From: Epiperipatus broadwayi
Lineage: Eukaryota; Animalia; Onychophora
DNA: 64,000 bases
Direction: 5' to 3'
NCBI GenBank assembly: GCA_028023455.1
Contig: JAQFVV010000001.1
Coordinates: 12,400,001-12,464,000, forward strand
The position numbers and the translations under genes are program-made. The notes beneath the pieces are model-generated. The model was not told where the DNA came from. It saw nothing but the letters and a program-made list of their open reading frames with translations, and ran no database searches. Every line of letters begins with the position of its first letter. Within the stretch, counting starts at the first letter, position 1. Below are positions 53,051 through 64,000 of the stretch, one piece after another.

Positions 53051-53984
53051 ATGACTTTCTTATTGAGAAACCACACAATCCTTTAGATATTTCAATCTAA
53101 TAAAGCAAATAAAATAAATACAATTGTTTTTTTTCTACACTTATTGCCATTTGTATTTTTAATAATATATAGTTTGAAAAAAATATTAAAACAAATTAGA
53201 AATCCTTAATAGATGTTGTGAAGTACTTTTTTTAAATGATAAAATAAAATTAATTGACTTTTGTAATGAAAATAAAAATATATATATTAAAGTTACCTGG
53301 AATGTTTAATATAAATAAATTATCAATTGAACATGTGTATGAATGTGCTCTTTCTGTTTATTAATGCCTGCTCGTGTTCATATTTATGTTGTTCTATTTT
53401 TGTTAATGTCGTAATGAGTATAATTTCTAAATTATATCTTTTAATATACATGTATATGATAAACATAAAAATTTTACAGGATTAGCTATTATCCACAATA
53501 GGTTTTAAAGTCAATGACTTGAAATCAAATTGCAATGAATATGGAGAGACTACATATTAAACCATGCAATAATTTATTTTCAGTTAATTTTTCTGTATGT
53601 GCAACTAATCTGGAAAATAATTTTGAAATAATTCATTATAAAGTCTTTATAAATTTTTGTCTAACTCAGAAAAATATAGAAAAATTAAGTTATTTATTAT
53701 TATCTGTAATTATTAATTGTCAATGAATGATGTTTTTTTAATTAAACGTTATAAAATTGGGAAATATATAATGTAGAAAAAAAATTATTAAAAATTTATT
53801 TTGCATACTGAAAAATATGATTACTACTAATGGAAAGCAAATGGTCATGTGTAAAAATATTGATATATATATATCTATTAGTGTAGTTTTTTTTATATAC
53901 ACATTTAAATGTGTAATATATATTACATATATAGACACAGGTATATAATAAGCCTGTGTATTTCAGTTACATTTAAATGTGTGT

Positions 53985-54118
53985 AAATGGATAGATGAAA
54001 TAAGGAAGTGTGTGGGGGTGATATGGAGAAGAGAGGCTAGAGATCGGAGATGGATTGAATTTGGAAAGACCTTCATCCTGTAATGGATTGATGATGGTTG
54101 AAAATGATGATGATGATG
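53985..54118 (+). mobile_element. RTE LINE extreme 3' end, same family as 31912-32207
   Basis: KWIDEIRKCVGVIWRREARDRRWIEFGKTFIL*W followed by (tga)n. Aligns with the reverse complement of 31912-32040. Confidence 0.8.
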
Positions 54119-55039
54119 TGTCAACATTATCGACACTTAATCTCAGAATATATATTTTTTGTGATAAGTAATGCATCATAGAAAAAAATATTAAAAATTT
54201 TTTTTTTTGTATTGGTCTAACGGATCTTTCATAGCATTGAGTTTTTTTTGTGTGTATGTGTGTATTATATGATTGTAAATTGAGTTCTGCTAAACTTAGT
54301 ATTAATAAACACTGAACAAAGATATTACTACTAATAATGAGCTATTGTCTTTTTGTCATAATAGCTATTGCCTAGTCATCCAAACTATCTTTGACTCAAC
54401 CTAAATATATTTGATAAATTTAGAATGAAGCTAGAATAAATCTTTTTTTAAAATAATTTTTGCTGAAAGTAGGATAGAATATATATTAGAATATAGATAG
54501 ATGAAATAAATTTGGGGATAAATGATGTTAGATGTCAGTTTCCTAGAAATTATTTTATGTCTTTTTTTTTTAAAAAAGTAGTTATCTTATGACATTATTA
54601 ATTTAGATAGATATATCCATGTTTTTTCTTTAATTTTAAAATTAAAAAAATCTTGAATACTCTTTTTTTTTTTTGCTCTATTTTAGAATTACAGATCACA
54701 TCATATACCACAAATATCTTTCTTTAATTTCAAAAGTTTATCTAAAATAACATAAATTGATTGATGAATTCAAAATCTAACGGGATTCCAAGTTTTTTGA
54801 TTGGAATTGGTGTATATATATCTATATGCTTCAGAGGCCTTTATTTAAACCTGTTACATTTATCACAAGTTTCACATAGGAAAATTACAGAGTTGATAGG
54901 TGATTACATTGTTGTGAATCTTCACATTGTGAAGAATCATTAACATGCATTGTAAAAATTTTTCTTGATATGTTGTTTAAAAAAAACATTTCCTATGAAT
55001 ACGTTTACTTGTTATCAGTCTATTTCTGACCAGGTATTG

Positions 55040-56950
55040 GGTTATTATTTGAATGTGCTTTTCTACTAGGTGGATCTTTGCTTCATGGGTGCCCAGGTGG
55101 CAGCAAAAACATCTGGCGGTGCAATCTTCTTATCTCTAATTCTTAATTGCTCCAATTTGTTTGATACTGTATTTGGGTGCCACATGGTATTGTAATCACA
55201 GATGAAATGTACCTTGTGCACCATAGTGCATAAAGTGTGAAGATGGAGGTTCTTATGCTGGGAAAGAACCGTTTTGTAAAGCTTTTGAGGTTTGGAATAG
55301 TTATATCAATTTTCCTAAATAATGTTGTCAATTTTAATCATGAGTTTGCGAGGCCGATACATTCTTGGAGAAAATGAGTGAGCTGTGATTAATGCATTAA
55401 AGTTGAATTTGAGTAAGAAATCAAAGAATTTGGGTTCCAAAGTTCATTGTTTGAATTTCCATATCAGCTGTTTATTGTTTATATCAAGAAAAGATTGTTG
55501 GTTGCTGAGTGGTTTTGGTTTGATTAGTCTGTATGTCTCCTAGTAATTTATTTTTGTTTGTGATATTAGTTTTATATTCTCATTATCTTTGAATGAATCT
55601 AATAAGTTAGACCATGTATTTATTATTGGAGGTGAGGTATCAGTTGGATATACTTTTAATGAGTTCTGGAGTGATGAATATATGATTGAAAGTGACAGAG
55701 TAGATTTAAGGTTTTCTATATATGAAATACTTGTAATGAATGTAATCCCAGACCATTTTCATTTGATGGGAGTTGCAATTGTTGTATTGAGATGGCTATG
55801 GTTTTCCTTGCCCATAAAAGTTTTCTGCAAATTGTGTATATATTTAAAATAAACTGCTTTGTGAATTTTATTATGGGTTGGTAGTATGTTATTCTTGTGA
55901 TGACTAATAAATTGATAGATTTGTTTTTTCCTGGGATGAAACCAGCTGTTTGGCTTTTTGCTTTGGTTTTTTTCTTGTAAGCTTATACTCATTGCTGAAG
56001 GGCTCAAATAGAAAGGAAATCCAAGAAATTTGGAGGGTTTACCCTGAAATAATTATGTTCCCTCCTTGTTTTTGCCACTTATACCCAAAAAAATTTTCAT
56101 ATTGAAATGGAGTTTATATTTATTTGATACTCTTTTGGTATATCTAATAGAAGTGGGATTTGTTTTTTTGATGTGAGGTAAACCATGTTGTCATCCATAT
56201 ATATAATGTTAGATACTTTAGCATTTATAGCTGGTAAGCATGTTCTTGAATATCTTTTTCTATTGCTAATAGTAAAGGATTTATGTATATTGTAAAAAGA
56301 AGTATACTGAGTGGGAAAGCCTCGTGGAATGGACTGGTGCGGAATGAATTGTTTATGTCTTGCCATTGAGTGTGATTTGTATTTCTCAATTTATAAAGAG
56401 ATTTGCAACTAGATAGATGATGGAGTTTGGTGTTTCTGTTTCTGCTAATGTTTGTAATAATATATTTGTTGATACTATATCAAATGCAGCAGAGATTTCT
56501 AATTGTAACATTATAAGATTTGGGTGCTCTGCTGTCTTTAACACATCATCCGACAATTTTTCTCGCAATAATGTTCCGTATAAAAGATCGCGCAGAAATT
56601 TATCTAAAGAACAGTTACACTACAACAACTGAATTGTTTGTGAAGAACCATTTAAAAGTGAAATAAAGATCCCTCGGGTCTGTAGAATTAAATTTGTTTG
56701 TAATCATTTCCAATTTCTTCAGAGTCCAATTTTATGGGAGAACATTCATGTCTAATTCCACTGTAGATGTGTTTAAATTTAATTTTTCAATGTCTGTCAG
56801 AGTGGATCTATGAAATTTTAGTTTTGGATTTAAATTTTAAGGTTTATTACATGAGTTAAGATTGAATAATTGGATTTTTTTTTCCCCACAATTTATTTTG
56901 TGTTATTATATTTGATTTGGTAATGTTGGTATACATTGTTTCAAATTTTC
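55040..56950 (-). mobile_element. Decayed LINE ORF2 RT (CR1/L2/Jockey-like)
   Basis: Minus strand, in the expected order: LQLEISAAFDIVSTNILL (cf. LDLSAAFDTV), GFPTQ (cf. GVPQG), IIYMDD, and LHTLCTMV...DYNTMWHPNT..NKLEQL (cf. LYxTLVRPxLEYxxxVWxP...LExVQ). Confidence 0.7.
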
Positions 56951-57169
56951 TAATTTTTTTTTTTGCATAGCGATAGTTAAACCTAATAATGTTTTGTTCA
57001 ATTGATTTGACATTCTTGATAACTATTTCAAAAATAGATATGGAAAAATTATTTATTCTTACCTTTTTCAGGCTGAGAAATCACATAACTTCGTAATATG
57101 ATTTAATTTTTTTTTCTTTTAAAAAATTTATTCCATCTTGCAGATTAAGCTTGAACAATTTTACTAGAA

Positions 57170-57220
57170 ATGAGCCTACCTTCCAAGCAGCTGGCCCAGG
57201 TTCGCTTCCCGGTCAACGCA
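57170..57220 (+). pseudogene. 5'-truncated tRNA-Gly(TCC) pseudogene fragment
   Basis: tgagcctaccttccaagcagctggcccaggttcgcttcccggtcaacgca aligns with the 3' two-thirds of metazoan tRNA-Gly-TCC (TGAGCATAGCTGCCTTCCAAGCAGTTGACCCGGGTTCGATTCCCGGCCAACGCA). It lacks the 5' acceptor strand and has stem mismatches. Confidence 0.75.
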
Positions 57221-59264
57221 TTTGACATATGAGGAAAAAAAAAAAGAAGTGCAGCCTTATTGTGATATATATATAGTATTAATGTTCACTACAGTAATTT
57301 GCTTTTTTTACTTCAGAGCCAGCTATTATAAGTTAGAGTAATGAATGGACATTAAGGACTAGTGTTGTTATATCTATACCTCCAATTTAGGTTGTCTTTA
57401 ATGAAAAGCAGGATTGTCCAAGAGTTAAAGATGGATATTTTATGTAAGAATATATATGTATTGTTAATCTTATCATGAAAAATAAAATAATCAGCTGTTT
57501 TAGAATTCAAATTATTCTCTTCTTTTCATTAGAAGATAGATTATTCTGGAATAAAGTATATAAAATAAATTACTTCTAAGCAGATGTTAATAGTAAGCAG
57601 TGTACATATGGCATAGCAATGGACAGGGGTGCTCAAAAGGTTTATTAATAACATGTGGTTGATTAATCAGAAACCAAAAAGTATGTAAAATGTTGTGGAA
57701 ATATTGTATTTAATTAAATAAATAAGTTCTGGGTAATTCAACTAGTTATTTAAAAATGAATTTCTGATGATATTTTAATGATTGAATTTAAATAAAAATG
57801 AGGAAAATATTTTAATGGAAAACCTACAATTATTAGTCTGACAGGCTAAAGACTAGGTATTTAATATTTTCTAAAAAAAATTGCTAAGTACAATTTCACA
57901 AATGCTTGTAATACTTATAGAGTAGGCTTTTTTTTTTCTCATGAAGCTTATTTTTACTATTGACAATCAATGGATAAAATTATATAATACCACTATGCAA
58001 TTGCATGTTTCGAAAACTAGTTAGGAATTTAATTTAAAGAGCACTGTTATAAAATCATCTGGCTCACTGCTCATTATTTTGTAATATTATTTTTTTCATC
58101 AAAAACATACTTTTAAGATCAATCAATCATGTTTTTTTAATGATTACATAAAAATCTCAGAAATCTAAATTATTTATAGTTCTTTGATTATACATGGATT
58201 TATCACATTTTTGAATATTAAAAATATACTTTCTTTACACAAGTAAGAAATAAATGTATTTGATTTATAAATACTATGTTTTGAAAATTAAAAAAAAAAA
58301 AGATTTCAGAATAATTTAGTATTTGAAAGTTTCTGCTTATTTTATTTTTTATATAAAGAATACATATTCACGCTATCTTCTTACAGGCCTCAAATTCATG
58401 ATTGAAAGAAATAATAATTTATAACTATCATCCATTATGATAAATGAGATCTTATAAATTCAAAAAACAAAAGTTTATACATTTTTACAAAAGCTGTAAC
58501 TTACTTACAAATAAATGACTTCTGGTATAGTCATAATATCATCATAATCGTGAGACAAATATTTTGCATGTTAAGGTCTCCTCTAACTGCATTGTTGAAA
58601 AAAATTCATACGTTTTGTAATGATCACAACAAATGTAATGTTCTGTATTATCTTATAATCTATAGTTCTTACTGTGACAAATCCAATAGTTTCAACGTGT
58701 AATACTTATATTGTCCATATTTTGTACTGGCGGTAATTTAAAAGACAGCATGAATAACATAGAAGCATTTATTAAAACAAAATCTTAATGCTGCACGTCT
58801 TTTTTTGTTTTGTTGATTTTACTTTGAACTTGCATGTTTTCTTTTTTTATTTCTGCATATTGTTAGCTCTTTCCAAGACTTTAAACATCTTTACAGGTTA
58901 AATGATCCCAAGAATGGAATCTATCCTTGAATCTCCACCTTCACCAGGGAGCACCATAATTTTAGAGGTATATGTTTTTGGCCTTTTGGCCAATATTTGG
59001 CTTTTTTTTTTTCTTTTGGGATTCCAGACTTATAGAAAGGGGAAATGTCTGAATATTCCTTTTATTTGCATAAAGATGTCAGATTGCTTTTAAGCCTAGA
59101 ATTTCTACGATTTGATATTATATAAAGAAGCAGCTGAAGGCTTTCAGTTAATGATTTAGACATCTCTTGATTTTTTTTAAGTAAATGTTTAACTTCAATT
59201 TCTAATATTAGTTTTTTTAGTATGGCTTTTTAATTGATGTGTATAAACGTATTACAGTATAGGA

Positions 59265-59544
59265 CAGCAATTCTCAATCTATGGTATGCATATCACTAAT
59301 GATATGTAATGAACTTACAGGTAGAACATGAAAGATAATCTGTTTTTGAAAAATTATATTTAAATAATTTATTCAAATAATGTAAAACTAATATTCAAAA
59401 TATATTTTGTTTCTAAATAAATTAAATATTTAACATTTATTATGGTTTTTATTTTGATGCCAATTTTTTTTATAAAAGTTGGTAGTATGCTCAATTTTGA
59501 TATTCTTTGGCTACTATGCAAAACAATAAAGTTGAGTACCATTG
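59265..59544. mobile_element. hAT (Buster/Charlie-type) MITE, 280 bp
   Basis: Ends CAGCAATTCTCAATCT ... AAGTTGAGTACCATTG resemble CAGTGGTTCTCAACCT-type TIRs. 8-bp TSD gtatagga / gtatagca with a central TA. Confidence 0.75.
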
Positions 59545-59599
59545 GTATAGCAACTCTAACTAGAAGAGAATGTAGTCTGATAAAGTAATTGAAAGAAGA

Positions 59600-60700
59600 G
59601 GAAGATTTGAATTAATATATAGTTGAATAAAATGGTTTGACTGGGAAAAGCAATCTTTAGAAAGAAATTTTTATTAAAGAAAGAATTTTAGATTGATTCT
59701 AAAGAAGGATTTTGTAGCAAATAACAATCGAATACCCTGTGTGATAACAAAGTTATAAAAGCTATTAATAAATTAGTTGAAGTTGGCAAAGTTCTCTAAG
59801 AAGAATTAATACATGCTTTTAATTTAAGATTTATGAGAATGGTCAACGAATATGCGAATATAATACAGTTAAGAATCTTGAATAGATATTTTTTATGCCT
59901 GAAGAGCAGTTTACATATAGACAAAAATAAGATACACACAATTGGAGTAGTGATGATATTTATTTTATTAACTTTTTTTTTTGCAAGTTTTTGATAAGGG
60001 CAAGTTGGATTATTTTGTTGATGCAAGGATGATTTTTAGGAAATTTATATGTAAACTAAAAAATGTAAGATTAGACAGATTTTTTTTAATGAGAAATAAA
60101 ATAGAGGAAAAGATGTAAAAAAAAAATAATAATATTGCATTATTTAATATTTATTCAATATCAGTTATTAAATAAATATTGGTTTGATAATTATAGAGTT
60201 AACATTGGCCTGGGGGGGGGGATTAAAATGCAATGTAGGAAAGATAGAATTTGTGATTATTTAACAGGAAGTTTTAGAGAGCAAATTAGTGCTTTTAAAT
60301 ATTTAAAAAGTTCATTAACTGATAATGGAAGTAGTAATAAAAAATAATAATTGATATATCTAAAGTGGTTTTTAAAGTGTTTTCTTGAAATTGGAATTAT
60401 TAAAGAGATTTGTAAAATGTTTTGTTTTGTTTGGAATGTCAAGGCTTGAATAATTAGAAATAAAAGAGATAGGATGGAACGCTTTAGAGATTTAGATATG
60501 GAAAACTGTAGGAAAAATAAATTAGATTGATATGGATAGAATATACAGATACTGGGGAAGAACTTATAAAGAAAAATTGACATTCTTAGAGAGAGATGAA
60601 TTTTGAAGGGTATGTGAAAATGGCTAGAAAATGAGAAGAGGGATAAAGTATTCTTAAAGAGAGGATATCTGTAACTTCAGAAGAACAGACCAAGTGATTG
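59600..60700 (-). mobile_element. Possible decayed LINE 5' region (endonuclease-like)
   Basis: Strand-biased composition and weak motifs only (YLIFVY, FFLENFANFN), in the same orientation as the RT remnant at 55-57 kb. Confidence 0.25.
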
Positions 60701-63379
60701 TGGCATGTGTAGTTTAATGATAAAAATATTTTAGTTATTAATTTTAATATAAAAATGTTTAAATGCTTAAACCATATTTTAAAAAGTATTGTCAATATTT
60801 TAAAGTTTGCCAAAATTTATTTTTATTATATATATATAAGTATATATATTAAATTCAATTATGGCAGTGAAGTTTTAATATTGATCACTATAAATTTGGC
60901 CATATATAATCTTACTTTATTAAATGTATTAATTAATTCTAGATTTAATCTTTTTTTAAGAAAACAATTATGGTTAAACATGTATTGATTTTGCTAAGTC
61001 TTATTATGATAATCTATTTAAAAAACTGGTGTTTCATATTCATATTTCAGATTGTTACTGATAGTTTGATTTTTGCTCAGAAATTGCCGGGTTTTTAAGT
61101 ACATATTTTTTAAATATTAAAGTGGTAGTAAAATGTTTCAATACTAAATGGAATTAAAAGAAATGACTATGTTTGTACTGTATATGATATTTGAAAATAT
61201 ATCTGATATTATATAAATCAACATAATATTGCTACTAAATTACAGAATTTATTTTTATCTTTTAGCCATGTAAAAGAATAATTTTACTAAATATTCATTC
61301 ATTTTTTTCATATTCTCTCTTTTTTTTTTTTTTCACTTTTAAATTTAGTGTCTTTTATTATTGTTTCTTATACTTTCAACTATTCAGCGGTGTCGTTCAG
61401 AGCTGTATTTGACAAATGTATTGTCTTAGTTATGTATAATATGATTGTCTGAACATTTATAATGGTGGCAGTTTATTTGTAGTTATCTTTATTGCACTAT
61501 TCCCATCATCCTATTGGGTTTTTTTAAAAAAAAAATTCAAATTTTATTTATACTCTTTAATATATTTAACTGTTAGCAAAAACTTAGATATTTAACTATA
61601 AATATATATATATATCAAAATGGAAATAACCATTTCTAGTTTTTTTAGATGGTTGGCAAAGAAAGGTTAATTTAAAGTGACAACATAGATTGCATATTAA
61701 TAAGATAGTATAGCCAAGTAAATGTAACATAATAGATTATATTCAAATTTAGCATAAATGTAAGTGGACACAGATTAGATATGAGAATTTTATCTGGGAT
61801 TAAATGAAAATGCTTTTTATTTTTTTATTTAAGGCAAGGAAAATCAAGTTCTCTTTTATATATCCTTTACTAAGTTAAAATGATTTATTTAAAAAAGTTT
61901 TTTATTAATAAACTCCTAACAGGATTTATTAGAAGATTAAGGTTTTGCATAAAAATAAATTAAAATCAGATGCAAAATTTGTATTATATTTTGTGTTACC
62001 AGAATTAATTATTTTTAAAATAATCTGATATTTTTAATGTATAATTTTGTTTGTTATACATTCCTATTTCTTTGTTACAAAATTTTTTTTGGTTTTAAAA
62101 ATAGAAAATTCTTTCAATAACTTTTCTTGTGTAATTATGAGATTAGAATTCTCTAAAAAATGTTTTAATATAAATAGTGTGCAATAGAAATCATTTGATC
62201 TTCTTTTTTTTTCTGATTCTCTTGCTCATCATGCTGGTCATCAATATAGGAGTTATATCAAACTAATGTGTGACTGTCAGACATCTCCTCAGGCACCAAG
62301 AAACTTTCCATATATTATTAATTTGCACCTAGGAACTCATTCAAAAGGTGTATAGAACTAGCTTCGTTGGATTGGTCTGGCCTCACATTAACTAAAATCT
62401 ATTAAATCAACAACTATAACTATTAATAGTGTATATTTTATATATGTGTGAAAACTGGGACTAAATATTTAAACTCTACCAACATTAGATCCTGCAAAAC
62501 CAAATTAAACTTTGGATTTCAATACAGAATATTTTTAAAATAAAAAAAAACATGCATAAAAGAAATAAATACTTTTATTATCATTGATGGCTTTTGCTTA
62601 CTGCTGCATAAATACTGATCTTAAATAATTTTTTTAATCATTTTAATTTATGAACTTTATTTAAATTGAAAATAAACTTTCTTTGTTTTATCTAAAGACG
62701 CAATATTATTTATTTTGCCATCCATTTTTTGGTTAGCATTTTTTATTATTATTATTATTCACTTTGAATTAATAATTATTGTGTAAGCTATATTTAATGA
62801 ATTAAATTGTATTATTAATATGTTAGTTTTAAGAAATTAAATTGGGAGAATGAGGCTAAACTCCACAGGTATTTATTTGTTTTAAAACATTTAATATGAA
62901 TCAATGGTTTGGCTTGCAGAAATCATTCTCCTAATACTTGGTTAAATTTTTAGAGGTTTGAAAAATAAAATTTATGTAAAACTGGATAAGTATAAATTAG
63001 AATGTATATGCCAATAGAAACTATTACTCAAAATTAATATCTATGAATACTATCGGATTTTAACTAATTTATTAGGACCAATATTCAAAGGGGGGAGGGG
63101 GAGTTAGTTAAGGAATTTATTAATAGGTTGAAGTTGATGTTGAAATGTGATTTTGCTTTATTAATTTGCTAAGGTAAGTGCTGTGCACTGACACCACTAG
63201 TATTGCAGTCATGTTAAGGTGAACAGCCAAGCAGAAATAAATCTTACACAAACAATTTCATTAAATAATAACTTAAAGTTATTTGGCCAGAAAGGTAACA
63301 ATATAAAAAGTAATATGAAAAATAATGTACGTATACATCCATACAGACTTATAAAGTAATAATAAGGCTGATGTAGCCT

Positions 63380-63600
63380 GTAAAAGCTCCTAAGTTCACT
63401 TTGGAACCTTCAGTGATGGAAATTCATTGGGTACTCCATTGTCCTCTTGTACACTTGAACTTCAGCCTTGTAGTTGTCTTTAGTTCACAACATGATGCAA
63501 CTCCCAAGATGGGATTGTGTACACAAACACGTATATGTCTTCTTCTTAAGTTGGGTTTATATCCTTTTCCTGATCATTCCCAGGAAATAACACTATAACT
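63380..63600 (-). mobile_element. Short LINE ORF2 3' fragment (CR1/Jockey-like)
   Basis: Minus strand LGMIRK...KKTYTCLCTQSHLGSCIML*TKDNYKAEVQ resembles LGFIxR...YxxLVRSHLEYC..W...LExVQ. Confidence 0.35.
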
Positions 63601-64000
63601 TTTTAATTACCTTTGCATACTGTGGAAATTTCTAGATTCAGATTATCAATCTAATTACTTATAATGGTATTTCTATTTCTGAAACAGGAACAATTTCTTT
63701 TAATTTTAATCAGCTTAGTTGATCTCTAAATATTTAGTTCTTTACAATTGAAAAATATGTTTCTCAACTAATAAAATGTATACTTTTTTGTTTACATTAT
63801 TTAACTTGGATAAATATTATTTAGTTTGCTTACAATATTCCTTATTTATTTCTAAACATAGCAGTAATCTTGACTTGTTGATTAAAAGTTTTAAATGAAT
63901 TCTAATTATAGTTCAATTTATATGCATCACGGATGTGCTTATAAAATAAAAGAGGATGTTGAGGATAGTTATATGTAGCTGTAAAATATTCTTAAAATTT

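Noticed and set aside
57624-57640. caggggtgctcaaaagg, a hAT-like terminus
   Set aside because: No partner TIR or TSD found.
58897-58967. Exon-like segment with a ttacag acceptor and ag|gtatat donor
   Set aside because: Joined to the phase-1 end of the Jupiter exon it gives an immediate stop (TGT TAA), and it has no Jupiter motif.
5343-60988. Numerous 60-110 aa ORFs rich in F/I/L/Y/K/N in the supplied ORF track
   Set aside because: Expected by chance in AT-rich DNA or antisense to TE remnants. No conserved motifs or consistent splice structure.
63127-63179. Strong aag|gtaagt donor with an upstream AG
   Set aside because: Gives a stop in the required phase and no protein similarity.

Overview
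This is very AT-rich, CpG-poor eukaryotic DNA, most likely from an arthropod; a chelicerate is plausible but cannot be determined from the sequence alone. The only host gene I can support is one internal coding exon of a Jupiter/JPT (HN1-family) microtubule-associated protein (50825-51099, +). Its first and downstream exons were not found. Much of the rest is decayed transposable elements: two Buster-type hAT remnants plus a hAT MITE, a Merlin (IS1016-like) deletion derivative with intact TIRs and a 9-bp TSD, a Tigger/pogo fragment, a truncated Ty3/Gypsy element, and several LINE remnants (RTE, CR1/L2-like, L1/Tx1-like). There is also a 5'-truncated tRNA-Gly(TCC) pseudogene. Four observations stand out: (i) an 11-bp GC-rich hairpin with clustered UGCAUG (RBFOX) motifs starting 7 nt into the intron after the Jupiter exon; (ii) an unclassified repeat family (family A) whose well-preserved copies are all fold-backs with different turn-around points; (iii) many long inverted repeats from unrelated families; (iv) a young inverted duplication whose arms differ almost only at CpG sites. 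I see no clearly new protein-coding system. Boundaries of the decayed elements were read by eye and are approximate.
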